Notes under the pieces: generated by a model | What the model was told of the DNA's origin: nothing | Seen by the model: only the letters and a program-made list of their open reading frames with translations | Databases searched by the model: none | Assembly (NCBI GenBank): GCA_963664705.1 | Contig: OY761556.1 | Span: 5,504,001-5,568,000, forward strand | DNA length: 64,000 bases | Reading direction: 5' to 3' | From: Acidobacteriota bacterium | Lineage (GTDB): Bacteria > Acidobacteriota > UBA6911 | Part shown: piece by piece, positions 31,844 through 42,317 of the stretch | How the letters are laid out: each line of letters opens with the position of its first letter | Numbering within the stretch: position 1 is the stretch's first letter | Translations under genes and position numbers: made by a program

Positions 31844-33025
31844 CTATGGGTTAAGGGATATCTTGTGCAATCTCTCGCTCGCGGATTTCAGAGTCGAATC
31901 CTTTTTGCAGAAGCAAAAGCGGACATACCCGGATCCGCGTTCGGGCTCATGGAAAAAGCTGCTTCCCGGGACAACAGCTACTCCGATATCTTTGACAAGA
32001 TATCGGGCAAAATCTGTGTCGCTCAACGGACTCAGCGCACTAAAATCTGCCATTATGTAATAAGCGCCATATGGAGTGGAACAGCTAAATCCCGCAGCCG
32101 TCAGTGCGCTCATCATGAGGTCTCGCTTGCTTTGATATCCTGCCGCCAATGCAGTGTAGTATTCCAGCGGTAGAGACAGCGCCTTCGCTCCCGCTTCCTG
32201 AAGTGGGGCCGGAGCGCCTACCGTTAGGAAATCGTGTACCTTGCGAATCCCCTGGGTGAGCAGCGGCGAAGCAATCACGTAACCGACTCGCCATCCGGTA
32301 ACGCTATAGGTTTTGCTCAAAGCATTGATGGTAATTGTACGGTCGCGCATTCCGTCAATGGTTACCATAGGCGTATGGATGCGGCCGTCATAAACGATAT
32401 GTTCGTAGATCTCGTCCGTTATGGCGAGGACATCCCACTTATGACAAAGGCTGGCAATGTCCTGCAACTCCTGGCGAGTGAAAACCTTTCCCGTGGGGTT
32501 GTTCGGCGTGTTGATGATGATGGCACGTGTGCGGGAATTGAAGGCGCGTTCAAGTTCTTCTAGATCAAACGTCCAGTCCGGGGGGCGCAGCGGTACAAAA
32601 CGGGGAATTGCGCCTGAAAGCGTCGTGTCCGGCCCATAGTTTTCATAAAACGGTTCAAAGATGACTACCTCATCTCCCGGGTTTACTACCGCCAGGAGAG
32701 TGGCGATCATGGCTTCTGTTGAGCCGCAGGTAACCGTAATTTCCCGCTCCGGATCTACCTCCAGTCCCATGAGATCGTGGGCTTTGGCCGCAATAGCGTT
32801 GCGGAACGATTTTGCGCCCCAGGTAATGGCGTACTGGTTGATGTCCGCCATGATTGCCTGACATGCGGCTTCTTTGATTTCTCTGGGAGCTTCAAAGTCA
32901 GGAAACCCCTGGGCCAGGTTGACCGCTCCATTGATCAGGGCAAGGCGCGTCATTTCACGGATTACAGATTCAGTAAAGCGTTCCGCTTTATGCGAAAGTG
33001 CAGGTTTCGTCATGGTGTCTCTCAA
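31844..33025 (-). CDS. Class I/II PLP aminotransferase
   Basis: NLAQGFPDF, NTPNNPTG, DEIYE, SKTYSVTGWRVG. Confidence 0.93.
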   Translation of the reverse strand: MRDTMTKPALSHKAERFTESVIREMTRLALINGAVNLAQGFPDFEAPREIKEAACQAIMADINQYAITWGAKSFRNAIAAKAHDLMGLEVDPEREITVTCGSTEAMIATLLAVVNPGDEVVIFEPFYENYGPDTTLSGAIPRFVPLRPPDWTFDLEELERAFNSRTRAIIINTPNNPTGKVFTRQELQDIASLCHKWDVLAITDEIYEHIVYDGRIHTPMVTIDGMRDRTITINALSKTYSVTGWRVGYVIASPLLTQGIRKVHDFLTVGAPAPLQEAGAKALSLPLEYYTALAAGYQSKRDLMMSALTAAGFSCSTPYGAYYIMADFSALSPLSDTDFARYLVKDIGVAVVPGSSFFHEPERGSGYVRFCFCKKDSTLKSASERLHKISLNP

Positions 33026-35250
33026 CGCGCCGCAGGTGCAGAGGACGAGGTCAGAAGATCGTAGTGAACCTTGTTGCTCAAAACCTGCTTTACATATCCT
33101 CTCGTTTCGGCAAAAGGAATTTGTTCGACGAATTCCGCCATGTCGATGTTCCCAAATTCCTGAAGCCAGCGTACCACACGAGAGTCTCCCGCATTATATG
33201 CCGCAAGTGCAAGCTCTGCTTTTCCATATTGCTGCAGGATTGAAGCAAAGAAACGAGTTCCAAGGATAATGTTTGTTTCCGCCTGGTACAACTTTTTAGC
33301 ATTATACCGAGTGATTTTCGCCTGCCTGGCTAATTTTTTGCCCGTTGAAGGGAGTACCTGCATCAGCCCGCGTGCGTTCGCTTTGGACTTGGCGTTTTCT
33401 TCGAATGCCGATTCCTGGCGAATCAGCCCCAGTACCAGGTTCGGGTCAATTTTCAGCCTGGAAGCCTGCTCCGAGATGGTCCCCCAGTGGCGCACCGGGA
33501 AGAGCACATCCCATACCTCCGAGGGGAGGGTATCGATGGGATAGTTGTTGTAATCAGGGAAAGCTCTTTTTAAAGACGCTATGGATGAATCGTAGTCGCG
33601 CTTGCTTACATAAATTCTTGCCATCGCGTAACTTAGAGCATCATCGGACCCGGGATGCTGGTTCCTTCCCCAACGCAGTTCCGCCAGAGCCAGATCCACA
33701 TAACCCGCTGATACCAGCTGGCGGGCGCGGGTAATAACGCGCAACGTTGCGGCATCCGGGTCTCCGAATCCCATGGAAGGAAGCCGAATCGCGTCACATC
33801 GGGCAGCCATCTGATTGGCATCAATGCCAGGAATGGCCATAGGTCCTTTGTCTGCAGTCTTTTCCAGCGAGATCGCTGCTTCGCGTGCGCGCTGCCCATA
33901 ATAGCCTTCATTGACTAGTGCGCGCGTCCGCTGATACAGATACTTTGCGCTCTCCACGTCTCCCATTTTCTGGTAGCAGCGTCCCAGCCAATACATAGCG
34001 GCGCCGCTCGAAGAGGGATTGGAATAAGCCAGAAGATATTTCCAGAATCCCAGCGCAGCTTCGTCGTATTTTTTCTCAAAATAGGGATATAGCGCCAGTT
34101 TCCAGAGGGCACGCTCGGCGTACTTGCCTTTTGGGAAAGAGGCATACAGAAGCGAATAAGCTTCGCGCGCGCTTGCCGGATCATAACTAACGTCATAATG
34201 GGTTGCTACGGAGTAACAAAGCTCCTCCGCCTCCGCGGATCGCGGATACAGCTTGAGGATTCTGTCTCGAAGAGCGATAAACTCCTGTTCGCGCTCCGTC
34301 TTACGCAGACAAACCCCTTCAAGATAGAGTGCCTTTGCATGCAGCGCTGAATCCGCGGGTGTCACCTTGCGAAAATAGGGCACAGCTGCGGAAGCTTTTC
34401 CCAGATGATATTCCACCTGCCCAAATAACAGGCTGCGCTTTTCGGAAAGCACCGCCGTCGGTGCGGAGATCTTGCCCAGTGCAAGAAGCACAAGGCGGGC
34501 CGTACGATAATCCGCTGTACCGATAAGACTTTCCGCCCTCTGAAGACGAGCGGCATAGTTGCGCGAGCCTTTGAGCGCGCCCGGGGATGTGGCCGCAAAA
34601 TACTGTTCGGCAAACGGAGAATATTTGGAAGTGGGGTATTTTGAATAAATCTTGAGGAAAAGATCGGCGGCCCGATCTTTTTCTCCGGCCATGTCCGAAG
34701 CCTTTGCTTCGTAATAGGTTGTTTCCGGGGTGGAACCGACCTTGGCATTTCCGAGAATTGTCAGCACCGCCTTTGGCTGATTCAAGGCCAGATGAATCTG
34801 ACACTGCGCCAGCAAGCCATCCCGAATCAGGGGTGAGTCGGGGTAACGGGTTTCGAGTCTCTGGAAGTCGGCAAGCGCCTCGCTCTTTTTATCCAGCATC
34901 AGGTTCGATTTTGCTCGATAAAAAAGCATGTAGTCGCCCAGGGCAGTTTTTGCCGCCTGGTCTTCGCTGAACAATTCCAAGGCGGCCGCATATCGCTCCG
35001 CGAAATATGCATCCAATCCCTTTTTTAGCGATTTCAGCGGCTCCGTCGGCACAAACGAATCCACCCGCTCCCATTCCTGCAGCGAGAAGGGAAGCCGTGC
35101 CTGACTTCCTCCGGAACCTCCGGCAAAGGTATCGATTGTAAGGGATGGGATGCAAACAGCAACCAGGCAAACGCAGGCTATAGCTATCCGCAACAGGACA
35201 TACAGCCTTTGAAGGCGGGGGCGTCCAGGTACTCTCAATCTATCTTGCAC
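33022..35250 (-). CDS. Soluble lytic transglycosylase (Slt70-like) with TPR N-terminus
   Basis: IRQESAF, ARGLMQV, ALAAYNAG, ETRGYV. Confidence 0.93.
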   Translation of the reverse strand: MQDRLRVPGRPRLQRLYVLLRIAIACVCLVAVCIPSLTIDTFAGGSGGSQARLPFSLQEWERVDSFVPTEPLKSLKKGLDAYFAERYAAALELFSEDQAAKTALGDYMLFYRAKSNLMLDKKSEALADFQRLETRYPDSPLIRDGLLAQCQIHLALNQPKAVLTILGNAKVGSTPETTYYEAKASDMAGEKDRAADLFLKIYSKYPTSKYSPFAEQYFAATSPGALKGSRNYAARLQRAESLIGTADYRTARLVLLALGKISAPTAVLSEKRSLLFGQVEYHLGKASAAVPYFRKVTPADSALHAKALYLEGVCLRKTEREQEFIALRDRILKLYPRSAEAEELCYSVATHYDVSYDPASAREAYSLLYASFPKGKYAERALWKLALYPYFEKKYDEAALGFWKYLLAYSNPSSSGAAMYWLGRCYQKMGDVESAKYLYQRTRALVNEGYYGQRAREAAISLEKTADKGPMAIPGIDANQMAARCDAIRLPSMGFGDPDAATLRVITRARQLVSAGYVDLALAELRWGRNQHPGSDDALSYAMARIYVSKRDYDSSIASLKRAFPDYNNYPIDTLPSEVWDVLFPVRHWGTISEQASRLKIDPNLVLGLIRQESAFEENAKSKANARGLMQVLPSTGKKLARQAKITRYNAKKLYQAETNIILGTRFFASILQQYGKAELALAAYNAGDSRVVRWLQEFGNIDMAEFVEQIPFAETRGYVKQVLSNKVHYDLLTSSSAPAAR

Positions 35251-35276
35251 TTCTATTTTCAGCTTTCGATTACTTC

Positions 35277-36584
35277 TCAGCTTTCTACCCGGGGACCCGG
35301 ATAGTCACTCCCGAGAGTGGAAGGATCATTGTCCCCCAGGATTCGGATGATCTCGTCGTGGAAATAATCGATTTTCCGAGAGACATTCGGTGAGACTCTC
35401 TTTTCGTACATTTCACGACTGCGATCGATGTCCCTCTTCAACCTGAGGTAGAGGTCCCGGTTTTCCCGGCCCTCGACAACGTGATGCTCGTTATACAGCT
35501 TGATTTCAGAGACGAGCAGCCTTGCGAAACGCTTGGCTTCGCTATGCAGCTTTTCTTCTTCAGGAAGCGGCCTGGTCTCCTGTGACGGGATTTTCGGAGG
35601 GGCCGGTTCCAGAATGGGTGGTGCGGGTTCTGCTTGATCGACCGGGGGAGCGAATGAAATGTCCTCCGGCGTCGGCATCGCGGCTTCCGCCGCGCGCGCC
35701 AACTTCTGGAATGCCTCAAGATCAAACACGGGTGGCTCCGCTTGTTCAATCGGCTCCACCGGGGCGTCCGCCGGCTGTGCTGCTGCCGACATAGCGGCTG
35801 GCGCAGAGACCTCCGCAAGCGCCGGCTCCGCATCATCAGACAGGCCGGTCTCTCTTCTTGCGGCGGTCAATTCATATAGAATTCTGAGCGAAACGTTTTC
35901 CAGGCGCAGAACCGCAAGCTCCGCTAGAACCGAGACAGCATCCGATCTATCATATCTGCCCGCAGTTTCCGCGGCTCCTCCGGCTATCAGGAGGGCAACC
36001 GGCCGGTCCAAAACCTGCAAAGGGACCAGTCTGTAATTTCCCGGCGTTCCATTCTGCATAAACTGCAGCGGGCCACAAGCCTCCGCCAAATCAGAGCAGG
36101 CAGCCGGGGTATTTCCCTCGAGTATTTCTTCAAATTTCGGGCAATCGGATCGCTGGAATTCGCATGAACTGATGGACTGGGCCAGCGACTCTGAATAACC
36201 GCGAGAAGACCAGCCGATATACCGGCTGCCTCTAACCGCGAAAAGCGCTGCGACAGGGAAAAACTGCTGCACCGAATCCAGCAGGAGTGCCAGGATTTCC
36301 TCCTGGGTTTCCTTCCGCCGTACACTTTGGGCAAACAGTGCCAGTGCGTTGGTGTTGAGATCTGTTTCCCGGGTCACATCGCCGAGAATCTCGGTTAAAA
36401 CTACCTCGGTAGTCGGCAGCTCGATATGGCTCAAAGTATCGAGCTTCTGCCCGATCTTTTGCATGCCTGTTGAAAGGGAGTTACTGACGTTCTGCAGTTC
36501 CTTTTCGAGATCCCGGATCTGCGGTAAGAGCGTCCGGTAAGCTTGTTCGCGAAGCCTTTCGGCACAATCTTGCGCGGAGGGCAT
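35277..36584 (-). CDS. Coiled-coil/GAF-like protein with Pro-rich linker and C-terminal RomX-like domain
   Basis: C-terminal AKRFARLLVSEIKLYN...DIDRSREMYEKRVS...DYFHDEIIRIL; central GAF-like region. Confidence 0.65.
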   Translation of the reverse strand: MPSAQDCAERLREQAYRTLLPQIRDLEKELQNVSNSLSTGMQKIGQKLDTLSHIELPTTEVVLTEILGDVTRETDLNTNALALFAQSVRRKETQEEILALLLDSVQQFFPVAALFAVRGSRYIGWSSRGYSESLAQSISSCEFQRSDCPKFEEILEGNTPAACSDLAEACGPLQFMQNGTPGNYRLVPLQVLDRPVALLIAGGAAETAGRYDRSDAVSVLAELAVLRLENVSLRILYELTAARRETGLSDDAEPALAEVSAPAAMSAAAQPADAPVEPIEQAEPPVFDLEAFQKLARAAEAAMPTPEDISFAPPVDQAEPAPPILEPAPPKIPSQETRPLPEEEKLHSEAKRFARLLVSEIKLYNEHHVVEGRENRDLYLRLKRDIDRSREMYEKRVSPNVSRKIDYFHDEIIRILGDNDPSTLGSDYPGPRVES

Positions 36585-36732
36585 GGATGCTCCTAATCAC
36601 CAAAAATTTGTGATTGAAGACTACCGAAAGCTCCTGGGGGTGTCAATTCCAATTTGCTTCCGGTAATGATGCGTTGCACCTGAAAAATCAATTGTTTCGT
36701 AAACGAGTCAAGGCAGGCCGGGGTCCTGTTTT

Positions 36733-36774
36733 GGACGGTTGGAAGGGTAGTGTCCGCTACCATTCCAACCGTCC
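36733..36774. repeat. Strong intergenic hairpin
   Basis: ggacggttggaagggtag-tgtccg-ctaccattccaaccgtcc. Confidence 0.65.
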
Positions 36775-37166
36775 TCGAAGGAGGTGTTGTCTGTCAGGGT
36801 AATGGCTATCTATACAGACGGAACCTGACTTGAAAAAGTTGCCTTTTTTTAAAGAACTAATTTGAGGGCACGTTTGGTGCTCCGGCGCCCAAGCGCACTG
36901 GAGCGCGACAAAACGCGACCGCATCCCAACAAACACTATCAATGCATAACTTATCTCGGCCTTTCAGGAGAATTTGATTGTGTCGGTCATCACAATGTTG
37001 CGGCAGGGCATGCCGGACTCCTGGTAACGTCTTTGGCACACTAATTTTAGCAAACGGAGTCTACTCCTGATAAAATCGATGGATGCAGGGATAGGCAGCC
37101 GGAACTTCGACCGGTTGCGATGAAGATACCTGCCTTGGCCAAGACACGATCACGAAAGAAGAACGA

Positions 37167-37796
37167 ATGTATCCAAAGTTTTCCGGCTTTGCCTGTACCG
37201 CACTCACGTTACTTCTCCTTTTCATTTCTGGGTGCTCGGAACCCCAGCCCTCCGGCCACGTCCAACCACAACCTGCGGACCCTGTTGTTCAGGAACGCGT
37301 GCAAAAGGACGCTCAGTTCCGGGCGGAAAACTCTCCGCTGGTTGAACAGGAAAGAGCGGGATTTCGTGGCCTTTCCTATTATCCGGTCGATCCGGCATTG
37401 AAGTTTTCCGTGCGGTTGAATCGCTATCCGGCACCGGCCAGTGTTCGGCTGGGGACAAATACGGGAGAAATCCGAAGCGGATTGCGATACGGGTATTTCG
37501 AATTTCAGGTCGAAGGCCGCGTCTGCCGATTGCAGGTATACAGGCTGGAAGACAATCCCGATGACGGCGGCGCACAACTGTTCATCCCATTCAGGGACGC
37601 AACATCGGGCAAAGAAACCTATGCGGCCGGACGATACATCGATTTGAAGGAAAATACCTCCGGTACATACACGCTGGATTTCAACCGGGCTTATAATCCA
37701 TTCTGTGCCTATAACACCAAGTACAGCTGCCCCGTCCCTCCTCCCGAAAATACGCTTCCGGTGCCGATCCGGGCGGGGGAAAAGAGATACCATTAG
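37167..37796 (+). CDS. DUF1684-family lipoprotein
   Basis: Lipobox ISGC; FIPFRDATSGKETYAAGRY, LDFNRAYNPFCAY...CP. Confidence 0.9.
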   Translation: MYPKFSGFACTALTLLLLFISGCSEPQPSGHVQPQPADPVVQERVQKDAQFRAENSPLVEQERAGFRGLSYYPVDPALKFSVRLNRYPAPASVRLGTNTGEIRSGLRYGYFEFQVEGRVCRLQVYRLEDNPDDGGAQLFIPFRDATSGKETYAAGRYIDLKENTSGTYTLDFNRAYNPFCAYNTKYSCPVPPPENTLPVPIRAGEKRYH

Positions 37797-37950
37797 GCAC
37801 GGAACAACTCTATGGGGAGTCCCCGGTACCACCGGTTCCTTTAAGAAAGGCAGCGATCGGCTAACTGTCTCCATAAAGGGACACTGGAGGCTGCTTTCTT
37901 TTTAGGATATTATTTTTCCTCACTTCGATGGCAAGGTAAAAAGAGGAAAT

Positions 37951-38421
37951 ATGGCGACGATTTCTGCAGAACTGAAGCAATTGCTGGCCCGCACGAACAT
38001 GACTGTTCTTCCCGAAGATTACGTAATTGTTTATTTGCCCATTGGAGTTAAGGCAATTCCAGGAGAATGGTTTCGTCCCTCGACGACACGCTTCGCTGCG
38101 GTTATTCAAGAACCCAAACTGATCACCATGGTGGTTCCCAGGCAGAAGTGGATGAGAATGCAGAACATGTTTGAAAAGTTCGATCTGAACGGCCCCTATA
38201 AGGTCATCAGCTTCGACGTGAAGCTCTCGCTTGTGGCCAGCGGCTACATGGCCGCCATCGGATCCGTTCTCAGAGAGTCGAAGATCAGCGCCTTGCCGAT
38301 CTCTTCCTTCAAACATGATCACATCATCGTTCCGAAGGCCGAGCTGCCGCGCGCCGTCAAGGTCCTGAGAAGTTTCCTGGACAGCTGCAAGGTCAAAAAT
38401 GCTTCACGCGCGAAGAAATAA
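37951..38421 (+). CDS. ACT-domain protein (ACT_7/CASTOR-like)
   Basis: GYMAAIGSVLRESKISALPISSFKHDHIIVP. Confidence 0.75.
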   Translation: MATISAELKQLLARTNMTVLPEDYVIVYLPIGVKAIPGEWFRPSTTRFAAVIQEPKLITMVVPRQKWMRMQNMFEKFDLNGPYKVISFDVKLSLVASGYMAAIGSVLRESKISALPISSFKHDHIIVPKAELPRAVKVLRSFLDSCKVKNASRAKK

Positions 38422-38462
38422 TGCAGCCGTGTTTGAGAAACACACGGGGTTGATCGCTCGTG

Positions 38463-39266
38463 TCATTTTGCGGATGATTTGTCCCATCGCTGAATGAAGT
38501 CCAGGAGGAAGTTCTCCGAGCCCGCCCCGGAAGCCCGCTGCCCCAGATCCTCCCTTGTTGCGGCAACAGCCGCTTCATAGGCGGTTTTGTCCATCTTGCC
38601 ACGCAACAGTTCAACCCGCAGGAACAGCAGAAATGTCTGCAGCACATCCGTCATGCAGTATTGATTGACTTCTTTCTGGCGTCCCTGGCGGAAAAGATAT
38701 TCTACATCGTCTCCGGCGATGGAATATTTGCCCGGCAGGCCGGTCAGCTTTGCCCAGAGATTCAGGGAATTTCTGGCGTACGCTCCGAAATTTGACAGGT
38801 AATCGCACAGGTCAATGTGAAAGGTATCATTGTACCGGTTGCCACGATACGTGCTCCGGCTTTCGCCGGCAGCAAAGTAGTGCGGCAGGGACATGCCATG
38901 CTTCAAAGCCCGGCTTTCGAGAACCGGCAAATCAAATGTGCGTCCGTTAAAAGTCACCAGCGTGCGGCAGTGCTCGAATGTTTCCCAGAATTTCGAAACC
39001 ATCTCCGCTTCGGAAAACCGGTCAGCCCCGAAACATCCCAGCGACTTGATCCGGTATTTGTCGTCGGCATGCAGTGTGGAAATCGCAATTGGAATATGGA
39101 ACGGGATCGGGAAGAAGTCACTCTGCTGCCCGCTTCGCTCCAAGATCTGGTCCCGGGCTGCGTCGTAAGCCTGATCCAGCGTCTGATTGTCTTCAGGATC
39201 GTAAACTTGCTTTACCAATTCCTTGTCGACGATGGTTTCGATGTCAAACACCAGGTAGTTGGTCAT
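38463..39266 (-). CDS. Predicted 3'-5' exonuclease, PolB-exonuclease-like (DEDDy)
   Basis: VFDIET, TFNGRTFDLPVL, HIDL, YCMTDV. Confidence 0.88.
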   Translation of the reverse strand: MTNYLVFDIETIVDKELVKQVYDPEDNQTLDQAYDAARDQILERSGQQSDFFPIPFHIPIAISTLHADDKYRIKSLGCFGADRFSEAEMVSKFWETFEHCRTLVTFNGRTFDLPVLESRALKHGMSLPHYFAAGESRSTYRGNRYNDTFHIDLCDYLSNFGAYARNSLNLWAKLTGLPGKYSIAGDDVEYLFRQGRQKEVNQYCMTDVLQTFLLFLRVELLRGKMDKTAYEAAVAATREDLGQRASGAGSENFLLDFIQRWDKSSAK

Positions 39267-39401
39267 CAGTTCTTCCCGCTGCGCGCGCTTTTTGGAAATC
39301 CATTTTGACCGAGGTTTCCCGCCAATGTCAAACAGCGCTTTTCTTTCCTATTATTCTATATTCCCCTAAACCCCTAAGACCCTAATATTTATGGGGTTTT
39401 T

Positions 39402-39449
39402 GCGCTAGATATTGTGGTAATGGGCATTCGGGACTACAATATGTAGTTA
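39402..39449 (+). promoter_or_regulatory. Tandem NrdR boxes
   Basis: gcgCTAgATaTtGtgg (39402-39417) and ctaCaAtATgTaGtta (39434-39449) fit acaCwAtATaTwGtgt with 32-bp spacing, upstream of nrdJ. Confidence 0.8.
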
Positions 39450-39456
39450 TATTTAC

Positions 39457-39485
39457 TTGACAGTCCTGCGCGGTTCGTGTAAAAA
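39457..39485 (+). promoter_or_regulatory. Candidate sigma70 promoter for nrdJ
   Basis: TTGACA-N17-TAAAAA. Confidence 0.5.
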
Positions 39486-39572
39486 CCCGACATCCGCATT
39501 TTAGGACAACTTAGCCCTATTGAGATCTTTTATCACAATAGTTTCTCGGTTAGCAGTAGGAGGCATTCTCTC

Positions 39573-42311
39573 ATGAGCAGTAATAAATCGTTGCCAATGG
39601 AAAGTGTTGCTTCGGTGGCTTTAGCAGCAGAACGGCCCAATGGCGGTGGCGGGTTGGAATTTGCACGCCAGTTTACGAGGGAAGGTTGCAGTCCCTACGA
39701 AGAGATTGAGTGGGAAATCCGTTCGGCTTCCATCACCAATGAAAAAGGGGAATCTATCTTTCGGCAGGATGGGGTAGAGATTCCCAAGGCCTGGTCGCAG
39801 ACCGCGGCGAACATCGTGGTTTCAAAATACTTTCATGGGCAGGTTGGCACTCCGCAGAGAGAACGGAGTGTACGGCAGCTGGTGGAACGCGTGGTTCGTA
39901 CCATGACGGAGTGGGGCCTTCGAGGCGGCTATTTCGCCACGGCTGCGGATGCCGCAACGTTTCATGACGAGCTGGCATTTCTGCTGCTGAATCAATATGC
40001 CTCGTTTAACTCGCCGGTATGGTTCAACTGCGGAATTGAGGCGAATCCGCAGTGCTCTGCGTGCTTCATCAACTCCGTTGAAGATACGATGGATTCCATT
40101 CTGAGCCTTGCGGCCACCGAGGGGCGGCTATTCAAGTACGGCTCGGGCACCGGCACCAATTTTTCCTCTCTTCGATCTTCCCGTGCGAAGCTCTCCGGTG
40201 GGGGCATTGCTTCCGGTCCGGTCAGCTTTATGAAGGGCTTTGATGCCTTTGCCGGAGTGATCAAGAGTGGTGGCAAGACGCGGCGCGCGGCCAAGATGGT
40301 GATTCTGAATATCGACCACCCGGATATTGTTGAGTTTATCGAATGCAAGGCCAAAGAAGAGAAAAAGGCCTGGACGCTGATGGAGGCGGGCTACGATGGC
40401 TCCGTTGATGGCGAAGCTTATGGGAGCATCTTCTTCCAGAATGCAAACAACAGCGTACGCGTTAACGATGAATTCATGAAGGCGGTCGAGCAGGATGGAA
40501 TCTGGGCCATCAAGGAACGGCCGAACTATGAAATCACTGGGACTTATCAAGCCAAAGAGCTGATGCGGAAGATCGCCGAATCGTGCCATACGTGCGGCGA
40601 CCCCGGGATGCAGTATGATTCGACGATCAACCGCTGGCATACATGCAAGAACACGGCGCGGATCAATGCGTCGAATCCCTGCTCCGAATACATGTTCCTT
40701 GATGATTCGGCCTGCAACCTGGCTTCCTTCAACCTCCTGAAATTTGCGGATGTCCAGGGGAATTTTGATGTTGCTGCTTTCCGGAAGGCCGTGGACATCA
40801 TGATTACCGCCCAGGAAATCATCATCGACAATGCGAGCTATCCGACCGAAAAGATCGGGCAGAACAGCCGCGATTACCGCACGCTGGGCCTTGGATACGC
40901 CAACCTGGGTGCCTTGTTGATGTACAACGGATTGCCCTACGACAGTGATCCGGGCAGGGATTTCGCCGCCGCGATTACCGCCGTCATGACTGGTGAAGCG
41001 TATCTGCAGTCGGCGCGCATTGCGGCCAAGCAGGGCGCCTTCGTGGGATATGCCTCGAACCGCGAGCCGTTCCTGGAAGTCATGCGGATGCACCGGTCGG
41101 CGCTGCAGAACATCAACGGAAACAACGTCCCGTCGGATCTGATGCGGGCCGCCCAGGAATGCTGGGACCTCGTTGTGCTTGAAGGGACCGTCCATGGTTT
41201 CCGCAACGCGCAGACCACGGTGCTTGCGCCCACTGGCACGATCGGGTTCATGATGGATTGCGACACTACAGGGGTTGAGCCGGATCTTGCGCTCGTGAAG
41301 TTCAAGAAGCTGGTCGGCGGCGGCATGATGAAAATCGTCAATAACACCGTTCCGTCAGCCCTCGCAAAGCTGGGATACAACGACCAGGAAGTTCCTGCGA
41401 TCATGAAGTTCATCGATGAAAACGGCACCATTGAAGGAGCGCCCTGGGTAAAGGCCGAGCATCTGCCCGCGTTTGACTGTGCTTTCAAACCGCAGCGTGG
41501 GACACGGTCCATCCACTACATGGGCCATATCAAGATGATGAGCGCCGTGCAACCGTTCATTTCCGGCGCCATATCCAAAACTGTAAACGTACCCGAAAAC
41601 ATCTCGGTTGAAGAGATTACCGACCTGTACATGCAGGCCTGGAGAATGGGCGTCAAAGCAATTGCCATTTATCGCGACAATTCGAAAAAGACGCAGCCTT
41701 TAAACCTGGTGCAGGATACAAAAGCCAAAGACGCCAAAAAACAGGAGAAGACTCCGGGCTTCAAACCCGTACGTCGAAAACTCCCGGCCGAACGAAGGGC
41801 TATGACGCACAAGTTCAGCATTGCGGGGCATGAAGGTTACATCACCGTGGGTATGTACGATGATGGTCAGCCCGGCGAAATTTTCCTGGTCATGGCTAAA
41901 GAGGGAAGTGCGATTTCGGGATTGATGGATTCGTTTGCCACCGCCATTTCACTGGCGTTGCAGTACGGCGTGCCTTTGCGCGTGCTGATCGATAAGTTCT
42001 CGCATGTCCGATTTGAGCCTTCCGGACATACCGGCAACGCAGCGGTGCCTTTTGCAAAATCGATCGTCGACTATATATTCCGGTGGCTGGCCTCCAAGTT
42101 CCTCCCGATCGATGAACAGTTCCAGGCCGGTGTCCATGTTGAAAATGTGGAGGCGAAGGAGCCCGATGCAAGCCCGGCTCCCTTAAATGATTTCAAATCG
42201 ATGTATGCTTTAGATGATGCTCCGACTTGTGCCGGATGCGGGAGCATCATGGTTCGTAATGGTTCCTGCTATAAGTGCATGAACTGCGGCGAAACCAGCG
42301 GTTGCTCATAA
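39573..42311 (+). CDS. nrdJ: Class II (adenosylcobalamin) ribonucleotide reductase
   Basis: FNSPVWFN, CSACFINSV, NASNPCSEY, LAPTGTIG, TSCPD-like domain and C-terminal CxxC-CxxC. Confidence 0.96.
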   Translation: MSSNKSLPMESVASVALAAERPNGGGGLEFARQFTREGCSPYEEIEWEIRSASITNEKGESIFRQDGVEIPKAWSQTAANIVVSKYFHGQVGTPQRERSVRQLVERVVRTMTEWGLRGGYFATAADAATFHDELAFLLLNQYASFNSPVWFNCGIEANPQCSACFINSVEDTMDSILSLAATEGRLFKYGSGTGTNFSSLRSSRAKLSGGGIASGPVSFMKGFDAFAGVIKSGGKTRRAAKMVILNIDHPDIVEFIECKAKEEKKAWTLMEAGYDGSVDGEAYGSIFFQNANNSVRVNDEFMKAVEQDGIWAIKERPNYEITGTYQAKELMRKIAESCHTCGDPGMQYDSTINRWHTCKNTARINASNPCSEYMFLDDSACNLASFNLLKFADVQGNFDVAAFRKAVDIMITAQEIIIDNASYPTEKIGQNSRDYRTLGLGYANLGALLMYNGLPYDSDPGRDFAAAITAVMTGEAYLQSARIAAKQGAFVGYASNREPFLEVMRMHRSALQNINGNNVPSDLMRAAQECWDLVVLEGTVHGFRNAQTTVLAPTGTIGFMMDCDTTGVEPDLALVKFKKLVGGGMMKIVNNTVPSALAKLGYNDQEVPAIMKFIDENGTIEGAPWVKAEHLPAFDCAFKPQRGTRSIHYMGHIKMMSAVQPFISGAISKTVNVPENISVEEITDLYMQAWRMGVKAIAIYRDNSKKTQPLNLVQDTKAKDAKKQEKTPGFKPVRRKLPAERRAMTHKFSIAGHEGYITVGMYDDGQPGEIFLVMAKEGSAISGLMDSFATAISLALQYGVPLRVLIDKFSHVRFEPSGHTGNAAVPFAKSIVDYIFRWLASKFLPIDEQFQAGVHVENVEAKEPDASPAPLNDFKSMYALDDAPTCAGCGSIMVRNGSCYKCMNCGETSGCS

Positions 42312-42317
42312 AGGTGG

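Noticed and set aside
39573-42311. Intein or intron in nrdJ
   Set aside because: Normal length, continuous motifs, no splice-junction signature.
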